Of a stretch of 64,000 bases of DNA, positions 30,009 to 39,778 are shown piece by piece. The position numbers and the translations under genes are program-made. This stretch comes from an uncultured Gemmatimonadaceae bacterium (lineage in GTDB: Bacteria; Gemmatimonadota; Gemmatimonadetes; Gemmatimonadales; Gemmatimonadaceae). The stretch lies in contig CAWFQK010000004.1 in NCBI GenBank assembly GCA_963817955.1, positions 768,001-832,000 of the forward strand, in the 5' to 3' direction. The notes under the pieces are model-generated. The model did no database searches, had not been told where the DNA came from, and saw only the letters and a program-made list of their open reading frames with translations. Numbering within the stretch: the stretch's first letter is position 1; each line of letters begins with the position of its first letter.

Positions 30009-30303
30009 CGCAGAGGACGCAGAGAACTGCAAGAGAACTGCAGAGAACTGCAAAAAGAAAACTGCAAAAGAGACCTGAAAAAGGGAACTGCAAAGAGAAC
30101 TGGAATCGTACGGAAGAGGGAAGCGCGTATCGGTGGAATGAACCGTGATTGCCGAGTCCACAATCATTCCGCCGATATCGTTACTCATCCCGACCTGGGC
30201 GATGCCATCGGAGCGTCACGACGGCATCAGCCAAGACATCCAGGCGAGACAATCCTTCACGGTCCTCTGCCGTTCTCTTGCAGTTCTCTGCGACCTCTGC
30301 GTT
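30007..30303. mobile_element. Small non-autonomous element with 39-bp terminal inverted repeats, internal AACTGCA repeats and a GxxExxY-like gene remnant
   Basis: 30007-30045 is the reverse complement of 30265-30303 with 2 mismatches; the minus strand reads MSNDIGGMIVDSAITVH from 30188. Confidence 0.55.
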
Positions 30304-30326
30304 CAAAAGCTGTTCTATCGGTCACA

Positions 30327-30409
30327 GAGATCCTTCGCTTCGCTCAGGATGACAGCCCTTTGCTCAGGATGACAGCCCTTCGCTCAGGATGACAGGCTTC
30401 GCTCAGACA
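30327..30409 (+). repeat. REP-like tandem units (CTTCGCTCAGGATGACAG)
   Basis: GAGATCCTTCGCTTCGCTCAGGATGACA, then two 20-bp copies and one partial copy. Confidence 0.8.
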
Positions 30410-30424
30410 GGACACGGGACACGC

Positions 30425-31189
30425 ATGCGATACGCGCTCATCTCCGACATCCACGCCAACTTGCCTGCGCTCGAGGCGGTGCTAGAGGACATCGAAGCCC
30501 GCGAGAACGTGGCGGCAACGTACCACCTTGGCGATCTGGTCGGCTACGCGCCGTGGCCAAATGAAACCGTGGCGCTCATTCGTGGCCGCGCGATCGCCGG
30601 CGTCGCCGGTAACTACGACTCCACCGTCGCCACCGACTACAAACATTGCGGCTGTCAGTACGACGATCCGCGACAAGAGGCGCTGTCACACCAGTCATAC
30701 GACTGGACGCGCGCCCATGTGACGGCGGAAACGAAACAATTTCTCAGTGGCCTGCCGTTCGCCATGACAATTCGCCCGGCCGGCGGACATCTGTCGGGTC
30801 CGAGCATCTTTCTCGTACACGGCCACGCATCGCTCAACACCATTTATGTCCACGAACAGCGATCCGACGACTTTCTGACGAAGATGGGCGCGTCGCTCGG
30901 TGCGCGCGCTGGTGACGCCGTGTGCTTTGGTCACACGCACAAGCCCTGGCACCGGGTGGTGTCCGGCATCCACTTCGTGAACACGGGGAGCGTCGGCCGG
31001 CCGAAGGATGGCGATTGGCGCGCCGGGTACGTGCTCCTCGATACATCAGCCGACGGGGTGAGCGGCGCGTTCATTCGCGTCGCTTACGACGTGGAGCGCG
31101 CGACGGAGGCCATTGTCGAGAGCGAGCTCCCGAATGAGTTTGCCGAGATGCTGACGTCGGGTGGCACACTGTCGCCCACCTCGGCCTGA
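30425..31189 (+). CDS. Calcineurin-like metallophosphoesterase at the end of the ars cluster, with a CGC motif
   Basis: SDIHAN, GDLVG, GNYD, VHG, GHTH, NTGSVG; HCGC insertion. Confidence 0.88.
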   Translation: MRYALISDIHANLPALEAVLEDIEARENVAATYHLGDLVGYAPWPNETVALIRGRAIAGVAGNYDSTVATDYKHCGCQYDDPRQEALSHQSYDWTRAHVTAETKQFLSGLPFAMTIRPAGGHLSGPSIFLVHGHASLNTIYVHEQRSDDFLTKMGASLGARAGDAVCFGHTHKPWHRVVSGIHFVNTGSVGRPKDGDWRAGYVLLDTSADGVSGAFIRVAYDVERATEAIVESELPNEFAEMLTSGGTLSPTSA

Positions 31190-31210
31190 AGCATTTCGCG
31201 GTGCGACGCG

Positions 31211-31597
31211 TCAGCGGCTGTGCTTGTACATGAGCTCGACGAGCTCATCGTACATGGCCTCCGCCTGAGTCTCGTCGGCGCGAATCGCGGTCGTCGCACA
31301 GTGCTTGAGATGGTTGCGCATCAACTCGCGTCCGACAGCGCGAAGCGCTTCATGCACCGATGAGATTTGCATGAGGATGTCGGCACAGTAGCGGTCTTCC
31401 TCGACCATCTTCTGCAGCCCTCGCACCTGTCCCTCGATGCGCCGCAGACGCATGAGGTTTCGACTTTTCGCATCGACATCCACGGCCACCGCCTTGCGGC
31501 CATTGCCGTCGTGCGCGCCGCATCCGCAGCGCGCGTCGTGTGTCTCGCTGTTCGCGTCTGGTGCTGCCTTGCGAACACGCTTCGTTGGTCGTGCCAT
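31211..31597 (-). CDS. csoR: CsoR/RcnR family metal-sensing repressor
   Basis: RLRRIEGQVRG, YCADILMQ, NHLKHC (C-H-C Cu(I) ligands); downstream of copA. Confidence 0.9.
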   Translation of the reverse strand: MARPTKRVRKAAPDANSETHDARCGCGAHDGNGRKAVAVDVDAKSRNLMRLRRIEGQVRGLQKMVEEDRYCADILMQISSVHEALRAVGRELMRNHLKHCATTAIRADETQAEAMYDELVELMYKHSR

Positions 31598-31641
31598 CGC
31601 GGATGTCTCCTGTCGCGTCAATCTGTGTGTCGCTACGCAGG

Positions 31642-34038
31642 TCAGGTGGTGCGAAACCGACGGAGTCGCAGGCTGTTCGAGACCACACTCACGGAGCTGA
31701 ATGCCATTGCCGCGCTGGCGAGAATGGGACTGAGCAGCAACCCGAACACGGGGTACAACGCGCCGGCGGCGACGGGAATGCCGATGACGTTGTAGACGAA
31801 CGCCCAGAAGAGGTTCTGCTTCATCGTGCGCATCGTGCGGCGCGACAACTGGATGGCGTGCACCACGCCGTGCAAGTCGCCGCGCAGGAGTGCCACGTCT
31901 GCCGCTTCCACCGCCACGTCGGTTCCCGTCGCGACCGCGAAGCCGAGATCACTGCGTGCGATCGCGGCGCCATCGTTGATGCCGTCACCCACCATCGCCA
32001 CGACCTCGCCGCGTTCCTGCAGCCGAACGATCTCGGCCAGTTTCGCATCGGGGAGCACCTCGGAGAGCACGCGTTCGATCCCCGCCGCGCGTGCCACCGC
32101 TTCTGCTGTGTGACGATGGTCTCCGGTGAGCATCACCACCTGCAGTCCCATCGCGCGCAACCGCGCAACGGCGTCGCGTGACGTGGGCTTGATCGGATCG
32201 GCGACGGCAATGAGGCCGGCGAACCGACCATCGACGGCGACATACATTGGCGTCTTTCCCTCATTGGCCAGTCGCGCGGCGTCCTGAGAGAGCGTCGACA
32301 GATCGATTGCATGATCCGACATCAGCGCCTCGTTGCCGACAACCACAGCCCGGCCACCGATGACACCCATGGCGCCACGTCCCGTGACCGACTGGAAATC
32401 CTCCGCATCGGTGAGCGCCGCGCCCTGCTCCTTTGCGTACCGCACGATCGCTTCGGCGAGCGGATGCTCGCTCGAACGCTCCAGCGATGCGACCAGACGA
32501 AGCAGGTCCGACTCAGATGCCGGTCCCCCCGGTGCCGGCAACAGGTCGGTCACCGTCGGCTTGCCCTCCGTGACGGTCCCGGTCTTGTCGAGGACCACGG
32601 TGGTCAGGTCGCCCGCCCGCTGCAACGCTTCACCGCCCTTGATCAGGATGCCGAACTCGGCGCCCTTTCCCGTCGCCACCATCACCGCGGTTGGAACGGC
32701 GAGTCCCATGGCGCACGGACAGGCGATGATCAGCACCGCCACTCCCGCGGCGAACGCCCGCACGACCGCTGCGCCCGGTACCCCGCCGCTTGCCTGCACC
32801 GCAACGAACCACACGACGAACGTCGCGATGGCCAGCGAGATGACGACCGGCACGAAGACGGCGCTCACCCGATCGGCGAGCTTCTGGATGGGAGCGCGCG
32901 AGCCCTGCGCGTCTCGCATCAGTTTCATGATCTGGGCAAGCACACTGCTGGCGCCGAGCGTCGTCGCGCGGTAGCGGAACGCGCCCGTCCCGTTGATCGT
33001 CGCGCCGATCACGCGGTCACCTGGATGCTTCTCGACGGGAAGGGACTCCCCGGTGAGCATCGACTCGTCGACCGCACTCCGCCCGGACACGACCTCGCCG
33101 TCCACCGGCAGCCGCTCGCCGGGGCGCACGATGACGATGTCGCCCGTGCGCACCTGCTCGATGGACACTTCCAGCTCATGATCCTCGCGGATCACACGGG
33201 CCGTCTTCGGCTGGAGTCGCGCCAGCGCGCGAAGCGCGGCGGACGTCTGGCGCTTGGCCCGCGCCTCGAACGCGTTGCCGGTGAGAATCAACGCGATGAT
33301 GATGACGACGGCTTCGTAATACACGTCCGGCTGCACGCCGTGGCGCAGAAAGAACGCCGGCGCGAGCGTTGCCACGACCGAGTAGACGAACGCCGAGCCC
33401 GTCCCGACCGCTATGAGCGTATTCATATCGGCTGCGTGATGCCGGAATGATGCCCAGGCACGTGTGTAGAAATGGCGTCCCGCCCACGCCACCACGCCAA
33501 GGGTGAGCCCGAGCAGCGTGTACGAGAGGACCGGTGCCGGCAGCGCGTACAGCCACGGCATCACCGAGCGCAGCGCCGGCGAGAGTGAGGTCATCGCCCA
33601 TCGCATGAAGGGATCGGCCACCGAACCGTGCGCGGCGGTCATGAGCGGCATGGAGATGATCATGGCGATCACGCCGACGACGCCGCTGGCGATGGCCTTG
33701 CGGCGCAATTCGCGGAACTCCCGCTCCTGCGCGTCGTCCCGCGCGGCCTGTTCCTCGAACGCACTGCGATCCTGCACGGGAAGCTCGGCGCCGTATCCTG
33801 TCGCGCGAATGGTCTCGACCAGTGCCTCGGGAGACACCGCGGCCGGGTCGTACGCCACCGTGGCGCTGCCCATCATCAGATTCACCGTCGCGTCGACGAC
33901 GCCCGGCGTCTTGCTCAGCGTCCGCTGTACGCGACCCTGACAGGCCGCGCAGGTCATACCCGTGACCGGAATGACGAGCTTGTCGGTGTGTTCCGGTGCC
34001 CCCGGTGCCTGTGGATGTGTGGTGTGCGTGTGCGTCAT
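31642..34038 (-). CDS. copA: Cu(I)-translocating P1B-1 ATPase
   Basis: GMTCAAC, TGES, CPC, DKTGT, SEHP, GDGIND, YN and MAFSS. Confidence 0.95.
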   Translation of the reverse strand: MTHTHTTHPQAPGAPEHTDKLVIPVTGMTCAACQGRVQRTLSKTPGVVDATVNLMMGSATVAYDPAAVSPEALVETIRATGYGAELPVQDRSAFEEQAARDDAQEREFRELRRKAIASGVVGVIAMIISMPLMTAAHGSVADPFMRWAMTSLSPALRSVMPWLYALPAPVLSYTLLGLTLGVVAWAGRHFYTRAWASFRHHAADMNTLIAVGTGSAFVYSVVATLAPAFFLRHGVQPDVYYEAVVIIIALILTGNAFEARAKRQTSAALRALARLQPKTARVIREDHELEVSIEQVRTGDIVIVRPGERLPVDGEVVSGRSAVDESMLTGESLPVEKHPGDRVIGATINGTGAFRYRATTLGASSVLAQIMKLMRDAQGSRAPIQKLADRVSAVFVPVVISLAIATFVVWFVAVQASGGVPGAAVVRAFAAGVAVLIIACPCAMGLAVPTAVMVATGKGAEFGILIKGGEALQRAGDLTTVVLDKTGTVTEGKPTVTDLLPAPGGPASESDLLRLVASLERSSEHPLAEAIVRYAKEQGAALTDAEDFQSVTGRGAMGVIGGRAVVVGNEALMSDHAIDLSTLSQDAARLANEGKTPMYVAVDGRFAGLIAVADPIKPTSRDAVARLRAMGLQVVMLTGDHRHTAEAVARAAGIERVLSEVLPDAKLAEIVRLQERGEVVAMVGDGINDGAAIARSDLGFAVATGTDVAVEAADVALLRGDLHGVVHAIQLSRRTMRTMKQNLFWAFVYNVIGIPVAAGALYPVFGLLLSPILASAAMAFSSVSVVSNSLRLRRFRTT

Positions 34039-34044
34039 ACTCGT

Positions 34045-34428
34045 TTACTCGGCGATGAGACGGCCGTGCAGCATGCTCATGCCGCACGTGAACTCGTATG
34101 TTCCGGGCTTGGGCGGCGTGAGCTCGATTATGGTTTCCTGATGCGCCGGCAGGAACCGCCGCACGCCAAAATCCGGAAAGACGATCTCTTCCGAACAGCT
34201 GGACGTTTCCTGCCGCGCGAAATGGAGCCGCACCGGGCGTCCTGCTTTCACACGGATCGTGGCGGGATCATAGCCGCCGCGGACGACTACAGTGATGTCC
34301 TGCTGACCTGGCGCGGAAGCGACCACGGCAACCGTCCGCCGGGCGAAGAAGAAGTACCAGTTCACCCACACGATCGCCGCAATACCGCCGCCAATGACCA
34401 GCCAGTTCGTGACGCTCGTGGTGCTCAT
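34045..34428 (-). CDS. Membrane-anchored cupredoxin-domain protein (CupA-like)
   Basis: N-terminal TM segment; GGYDP, SSCSEE, YEFTCGMSMLHG. Confidence 0.88.
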   Translation of the reverse strand: MSTTSVTNWLVIGGGIAAIVWVNWYFFFARRTVAVVASAPGQQDITVVVRGGYDPATIRVKAGRPVRLHFARQETSSCSEEIVFPDFGVRRFLPAHQETIIELTPPKPGTYEFTCGMSMLHGRLIAE

Positions 34429-34479
34429 GGTGCGTTCCCTCGTGCAATCGACATCGGAGTAGACGGAGGCGAAAAACAT

Positions 34480-34534
34480 ATACCCCATGTGGGTATGCTC
34501 CGGAAGAGAATTTACATACCCCCGACCGGTATGT
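34480..34534. promoter_or_regulatory. Two CsoR-type operators upstream of cupredoxin-copA-csoR
   Basis: ATACCC-CATGT-GGGTAT (34480-34496) and ACATACC-N7-GGTATGT (34514-34534). Confidence 0.8.
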
Positions 34535-34689
34535 CTATTCCCGTCGTGCCCAGCAAGCCGAGCGGCAATTGCCGCACATCGTTGCTGCATTCGCCTACAG
34601 ACCAGCCGGCACATCGGCCCGACGTTGAAGGGTGGCCCGCCAGCCTGCGGGCGGCACCAACCGTCAGCAAGCGCTACTGGAGATTCGTT

Positions 34690-35346
34690 ATGAAGACAGA
34701 TTCGGAGCTGCATCAGGACGTGCTCGACGAACTGACGTGGGATTCGCGACTCGACGGAAGAGAAATCGGCGTTGCGGCAGCGGACGGGGTGGTGACGCTG
34801 ACAGGATGTGTGCCGAGCTATGCGGACAAGATTACCGCCGAGCGCGCCGTGGCTCGCGTCGTCGGCGTGAAGGCCGTGGCGAACGACCTGCAAGTGAAGA
34901 TTCCGAGTGCGTTCATGCACTCCGACACCGAAATCGCGCACGCGATCGTGAACGCGTTCACCTGGGACATTCAGGTCCCCCGCGACACGATCAAACCGAG
35001 CGTCGCGGATGGATGGGTGACGCTCGACGGCGAGGTCGAATGGGCGTTCCAGCGCGATGCAGCCGCGCGTGCGGTACGCTATCTCGCCGGCGTACGCGGC
35101 GTCACGAACGACATCAAGGTCATCCCGAAGCATGTATCGCCCGCGGACGTGACCCGGAGCATCAGGCAGGCCCTCGAGCGCCGCGCCGACCGCGCCGCCA
35201 ACCGCATCACGGTGGACACGACTGAGGGCGTCGTCACGCTGTCGGGATCCGTGCCGTCATACGGCGACCGGCGCGCAGCCGAAGGCGCAGCGCTGTCCGC
35301 GCCGGGAGTGAAGGAAGTTCGCGACGAGCTGGCGGTGGAGTTCTGA
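34690..35346 (+). CDS. Triple-BON (OsmY-like) protein
   Basis: Three repeats: GVVTLTG..VANDL, GWVTLDG..VTNDI, GVVTLSG..VRDEL. Confidence 0.9.
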   Translation: MKTDSELHQDVLDELTWDSRLDGREIGVAAADGVVTLTGCVPSYADKITAERAVARVVGVKAVANDLQVKIPSAFMHSDTEIAHAIVNAFTWDIQVPRDTIKPSVADGWVTLDGEVEWAFQRDAAARAVRYLAGVRGVTNDIKVIPKHVSPADVTRSIRQALERRADRAANRITVDTTEGVVTLSGSVPSYGDRRAAEGAALSAPGVKEVRDELAVEF

Positions 35347-35373
35347 GACTGATACCGCGCAACCCGCGTTGAA

Positions 35374-35844
35374 TCAGGGCGCCGGCGGCCGCATGGTCGC
35401 CGGCGCACGGACCGCAACCACGCGGGCGCGCGCGCACGCTTCGTCGTTGGCCGAAATGGTCAGATCGACAATCACCTTGCGGGCGCCGACCTCCACCGCG
35501 TGCCCGCGTAGCACCAGTTCCGGCCCGAGTGGCGTGGGACGCAGGAAATCGAGGTGCAGCGACGCCGTGACGAAGCGCGGCGTCGGATCCTGTCCGGGCA
35601 CCTCGCCAGCAGCGGCCATTGACGCGCCCGCTGCCGTCGCCATCGCGTGACAGTCGGCGAGCGAGGCGAGCAATCCGCCGTACACGAATCCGGGAAGCGC
35701 CATGTGGTGCGGCGCAGGCAGAAATCGCGCGACACTCTCGCCATCGTGCCACTCACTCTTGACGTGCAGGCCGTGCTCGTTGAGTCGGCCGCATCCGTAG
35801 CAATACGAGAAATCGTCTGGGTAGAGATCTTGGAGAGCATGCAT
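35374..35844 (-). CDS. PaaI/hotdog-fold thioesterase
   Basis: CYGCG..NEHGL, YGGLLASLADCH, VTASLHLDFLRPTP. Confidence 0.85.
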   Translation of the reverse strand: MHALQDLYPDDFSYCYGCGRLNEHGLHVKSEWHDGESVARFLPAPHHMALPGFVYGGLLASLADCHAMATAAGASMAAAGEVPGQDPTPRFVTASLHLDFLRPTPLGPELVLRGHAVEVGARKVIVDLTISANDEACARARVVAVRAPATMRPPAP

Positions 35845-35989
35845 GCACGAACAGTATGCGCACTGAGCCGCGAATGCACCTGTCGTGCTCGGCTTGCCAA
35901 CTCGAATTCAGTGCACACCGTCTCCGCGGAACGGGAGTTGAAGTCATCATCACGGGTACTGTTCTTCTGCCGCACCGAGGAGATTCGCC

Positions 35990-36421
35990 ATGCCAAAGTC
36001 CAACCGTGATCCGAACCGCAAGAACCGCCAAACTCGTGACACTGCATCAGGCACAACGGCTCCGCGCGGCGAGCCAGACAAGAACGCGCAGCAGCGCGAG
36101 AGCGGCGAGCCCGGCGGCGGCGCGGGTCGTCGCGACGAGGTCGGCCCAACCGGCGTCTATCCGATGTCTGGCGGCATCCCAAAGGACAAGCACCTCGAGA
36201 TTCGGACACCCGCAGCCTGGGGTCAGGGAGATCGCGGCGCCGAAGGGTACAATGACGCCGGCGGCTCGGAGCTGGTCATGCGTGATGGCCAACTACTCGG
36301 CGGCACCACCGCTGGTCCGAATGGTGAGCCGACGATCGACATCCACGGCGGCGACATTCCGGCATCCGCGCCAAAGACACCGTTGAAGGCGAAAGACGAG
36401 GTTCGAGACGACGAGTGCTGA
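35990..36421 (+). CDS. Hypothetical hydrophilic Gly-rich protein
   Basis: GAGGAG SD; 143 aa with no hydrophobic segment. Confidence 0.65.
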   Translation: MPKSNRDPNRKNRQTRDTASGTTAPRGEPDKNAQQRESGEPGGGAGRRDEVGPTGVYPMSGGIPKDKHLEIRTPAAWGQGDRGAEGYNDAGGSELVMRDGQLLGGTTAGPNGEPTIDIHGGDIPASAPKTPLKAKDEVRDDEC

Positions 36422-36431
36422 CTCGACGGGT

Positions 36432-39400
36432 TCACCCATCGGCCCGAGCCGGCGTCGCCGTGGAACCAACCCGCGGTGCAATCCCGGGCACGACAGTCGG
36501 CGCGACAGCGGAACGGGCAGCCTTGTGCACGGACTGCTCCTTCCAGAGCGAGTACACCGCGGGAATGACCACGAGCGTGAGCACCGTACTGGAGATCATC
36601 CCACCCACCATGGGTGCCGCGATGCGCTTCATCACGCTCGCGCCCGTGCTGTCGCCCCACAAGATTGGCAGCAAGCCGGCCATGATCGCGGTCACCGTCA
36701 TCATCTTCGGCCGCACGCGCTCGACCGCGCCTTCAATGACCGCCTCATACAACTGCTGAACCGTTGGCCGCTCGTCGCGTGCGAGCCGCTCTTTCCACGC
36801 GTGGTCCAGGTAGATGAGCATCACGACGCCGGTTTCCGCGGCGACTCCGGCCAGCGCAATGAACCCGATGGCGACAGCCACCGACCAGTTGTACCCCAGC
36901 CCCCAGACAAACCAGATGCCGCCGATGAGCGCGAACGGGAGCGACAGCATGACGATCAGCGCCTCGCCGACGCTCTTGAAGTTGAAGTAGAGTAATAGAA
37001 AGATGATCGCCAGCGTTGCCGGGATCACGAGCTTCATCCGCTCCTTCGCGCTCTGCATGTACTCGTACTGGCCGCTCCAGACAATGGAGTAACCCGGTGT
37101 GAGCTTCACCATCTTGTTGACCATCTGCTGTGCTTCCGCCACATAGCTGCCGATGTCGCGTCCGACGACGTCCACATACACCCACGCCGTGGGGACTGCG
37201 CCCTCGGTACGGATGACCATCGGACCGGCAACTTGCTTGATCGTCGCGAGTTGGCCGAGCGGGATCTGCGCCACTCCGCCGCCCCCCCCCGCTGCCCCAC
37301 CCGCCATCGGTGCGCCGCCCATGGCGGTGACGCTCCCCGCCGCCACGCCGGCATCGTGCTGCATGGGTACGAGCACTGACGCGAGGCGCTCGGGCGTGTC
37401 ACGCAGCTCCTGCGGATACCGCACGCGCACGCCGTAGCGCTCGCGCCCTTCCACCGTCTGCGTGATGGTCATGCCACCAATCGCGGTCGCGATCACTGCC
37501 TGGACGTCGGCCACGTTCACACCATGCCGCGCCGCAGCCGCGCGATCGATATCGATGTCGAGGTAGTAGCCGGACACAGCGCGCTCCGCGAATGCGCTCC
37601 GCGTCCCGGGCACCATCTGCACGGCCTGCTCCACCTGCTTGCCGAGTCGCTCGAGCTCACCGAGGTCGGGGCCAAATATCTTGACTCCGACTGGCGTTCG
37701 GATGCCCGTGGCCAGCATGTCGATGCGGCCTTTGATCGGCATCGTCCACGCGTTCGTCACACCGGGAATGCGCACCGCCGAGTCCATGGCGGTGATGAGG
37801 CCATCGTAGGTCACGCCCGCGCGCCATTGGTCTTTTGGCTTCAGCGAGATCGTGGTTTCGAACATGTCCAGACCCGCCGGATCCGTTGCGGTGTTGGCAC
37901 GCCCCGCCTTGCCCCATACGTGTTCCACTTCCGGAAAGCGCTTGAGAATGGAATCCTGCTGACGCAGGATTTCGCGCGCCCGAGCCACCGGGAGCCCCGG
38001 CAACGTGGTCGGCATGTAGAGAATCGTGCCTTCGTCGAGCGGCGGCATGAACTCACTCCCGATGCGCGTCCACGGGATCCACGTCAGAATCAGGGCGACC
38101 GCACCGGCGAGAATCACGGGGCCGCGATGCGCCATCACGAAGTCGATCACCGGTCGGTAGACGCGAATCATACCGCGGTTGATCGGGTTCGCGCGTTCCC
38201 GGAAGATGCGACCGCGAATGAACAGCCCCATGGTGACGGGGACGAGCGTCACCGAGAGCAGGCTGGCCGCAGCCATCGAAAACGTCTTCGTGAAAGCGAG
38301 CGGCTTGAACATTCGGCCTTCCTGCCCTTGCAGCGTGAACACCGGCAAGAAGGAAACGGTGATGATGAGGAGCGAGACGAAGAGTGCCGGACCGACTTCC
38401 TTCGCGCTCTCGATCACCACACGCCAGCGCTCGGCGGGCGTCAGGACGGACGAATCGAACGATCGCGTGAGCCTCTCACCAGCGGCCGGATGCCCCGCCT
38501 TCACTGCCACGGCGCGCTCGAGGTGCTTGTGCATGTTCTCGATCATCACGATCGCGGCATCGATCATCGCGCCGATGGCGATGGCGATGCCCCCCAGCGA
38601 CATGATGTCCGCGTTCACACCGAGCGTTCTCATCGCCAGAAAGGCCATGAGGATTCCGACCGGCAACGTGAGGATGGCCACCAACGCCGACTGGGCGTGA
38701 AAGAGAAAGATCACGCAGACGAGCGCGACGATGATCGATTCCTCGATCAACTTTCCCTTGAGCGTATCGATCGCGCGCTCGATGAGCGTACTGCGATCGT
38801 ACACGGGAGTCACCACCACGCCCGGCGGCAGCCCCTTCTGTACCTCGGCGAGCTTGGCCTTCACGGCATTGATCGTCGTCAGTGCGTTCTGGCCGAATCG
38901 CATCACGACAATGCCGCCCACGGCGTCGCCACGACCATCGAGGTCCGCCACGCCGCGGCGTATCGCGGGCCCTACACCGACGTTGCCGAGCTCGGCGACG
39001 CGGATTGGCGTACCCGCGCTCGTCGCGCCGACCACCACGTTCTCGATGTCCGCGATCGACTTGAGGTACCCGAGCCCGCGCACCATGTACTCACGCTCCG
39101 ACAGCTCCATCGTCATCGCGCCCACGTCGTTGTTCGCCGCTTGTATGGCACTCATGACGCGCGTGACGGGAATGCCATAGGCCAGCAGCTTTGCCGGGTC
39201 GATGTCGACCTGGTACTGTTTCTCGAAGCCGCCAATGCTGGAGACTTCTGAAACGCCGGGAACCGCGGTGAGTGCGTAGCGCAGATACCAATCCTGAACG
39301 CTGCGCAACTCCGCGAGATTGAGCCGCCCCGTCGTGTCTTCGAGCGCGTACTGGTACACCCAGCCGAGCCCCGTCGCATCGGGCCCGAGCGTCGGCGTCA

Positions 39401-39773
39401 CCGACGCCGGCAATTTTCCCTTGATGCCGTTCATGTACTCGAGCACGCGTGAGCGTGCCCAGTAGAGATCCGTGCCATCCGCAAAGATGACATAGACGAA
39501 CGACACACCAAAGAACGAGTACCCACGCACGGTGCGCGCGCCGGGCACCTTGAGCATTTCAGCCGCGATCGGGTACGTGACCTGATCCTCGACGATACGC
39601 GGCGCTTGCTCGTTGTAATCGGCCTGGACGATGACCTGCACGTCGGAGAGGTCGGGAAGCGCCTCCAGCGGCGTGCGCCGAACGGCAATCACGCCTCCGA
39701 CGATGGCGGCAACCGTGAACAGAATGACAAGGAGTCTGTTCGCGACCGACCATTCGATGATTCGCTTGAGCAT
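36432..39773 (-). CDS. cusA: CusA/CzcA family heavy-metal RND permease
   Basis: ALPDLSDVQVIV, GPDATGLGWV, AIGAMIDA, WTMPIKGRIDM, RVRPKMMT. Confidence 0.96.
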   Translation of the reverse strand: MLKRIIEWSVANRLLVILFTVAAIVGGVIAVRRTPLEALPDLSDVQVIVQADYNEQAPRIVEDQVTYPIAAEMLKVPGARTVRGYSFFGVSFVYVIFADGTDLYWARSRVLEYMNGIKGKLPASVTPTLGPDATGLGWVYQYALEDTTGRLNLAELRSVQDWYLRYALTAVPGVSEVSSIGGFEKQYQVDIDPAKLLAYGIPVTRVMSAIQAANNDVGAMTMELSEREYMVRGLGYLKSIADIENVVVGATSAGTPIRVAELGNVGVGPAIRRGVADLDGRGDAVGGIVVMRFGQNALTTINAVKAKLAEVQKGLPPGVVVTPVYDRSTLIERAIDTLKGKLIEESIIVALVCVIFLFHAQSALVAILTLPVGILMAFLAMRTLGVNADIMSLGGIAIAIGAMIDAAIVMIENMHKHLERAVAVKAGHPAAGERLTRSFDSSVLTPAERWRVVIESAKEVGPALFVSLLIITVSFLPVFTLQGQEGRMFKPLAFTKTFSMAAASLLSVTLVPVTMGLFIRGRIFRERANPINRGMIRVYRPVIDFVMAHRGPVILAGAVALILTWIPWTRIGSEFMPPLDEGTILYMPTTLPGLPVARAREILRQQDSILKRFPEVEHVWGKAGRANTATDPAGLDMFETTISLKPKDQWRAGVTYDGLITAMDSAVRIPGVTNAWTMPIKGRIDMLATGIRTPVGVKIFGPDLGELERLGKQVEQAVQMVPGTRSAFAERAVSGYYLDIDIDRAAAARHGVNVADVQAVIATAIGGMTITQTVEGRERYGVRVRYPQELRDTPERLASVLVPMQHDAGVAAGSVTAMGGAPMAGGAAGGGGGVAQIPLGQLATIKQVAGPMVIRTEGAVPTAWVYVDVVGRDIGSYVAEAQQMVNKMVKLTPGYSIVWSGQYEYMQSAKERMKLVIPATLAIIFLLLYFNFKSVGEALIVMLSLPFALIGGIWFVWGLGYNWSVAVAIGFIALAGVAAETGVVMLIYLDHAWKERLARDERPTVQQLYEAVIEGAVERVRPKMMTVTAIMAGLLPILWGDSTGASVMKRIAAPMVGGMISSTVLTLVVIPAVYSLWKEQSVHKAARSAVAPTVVPGIAPRVGSTATPARADG

Positions 39774-39778
39774 CGCCG

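Noticed and set aside
30010..30409. CRISPR array
   Set aside because: Units are adjacent with no unique spacers and there are no cas genes; the same applies to the heptamer arrays
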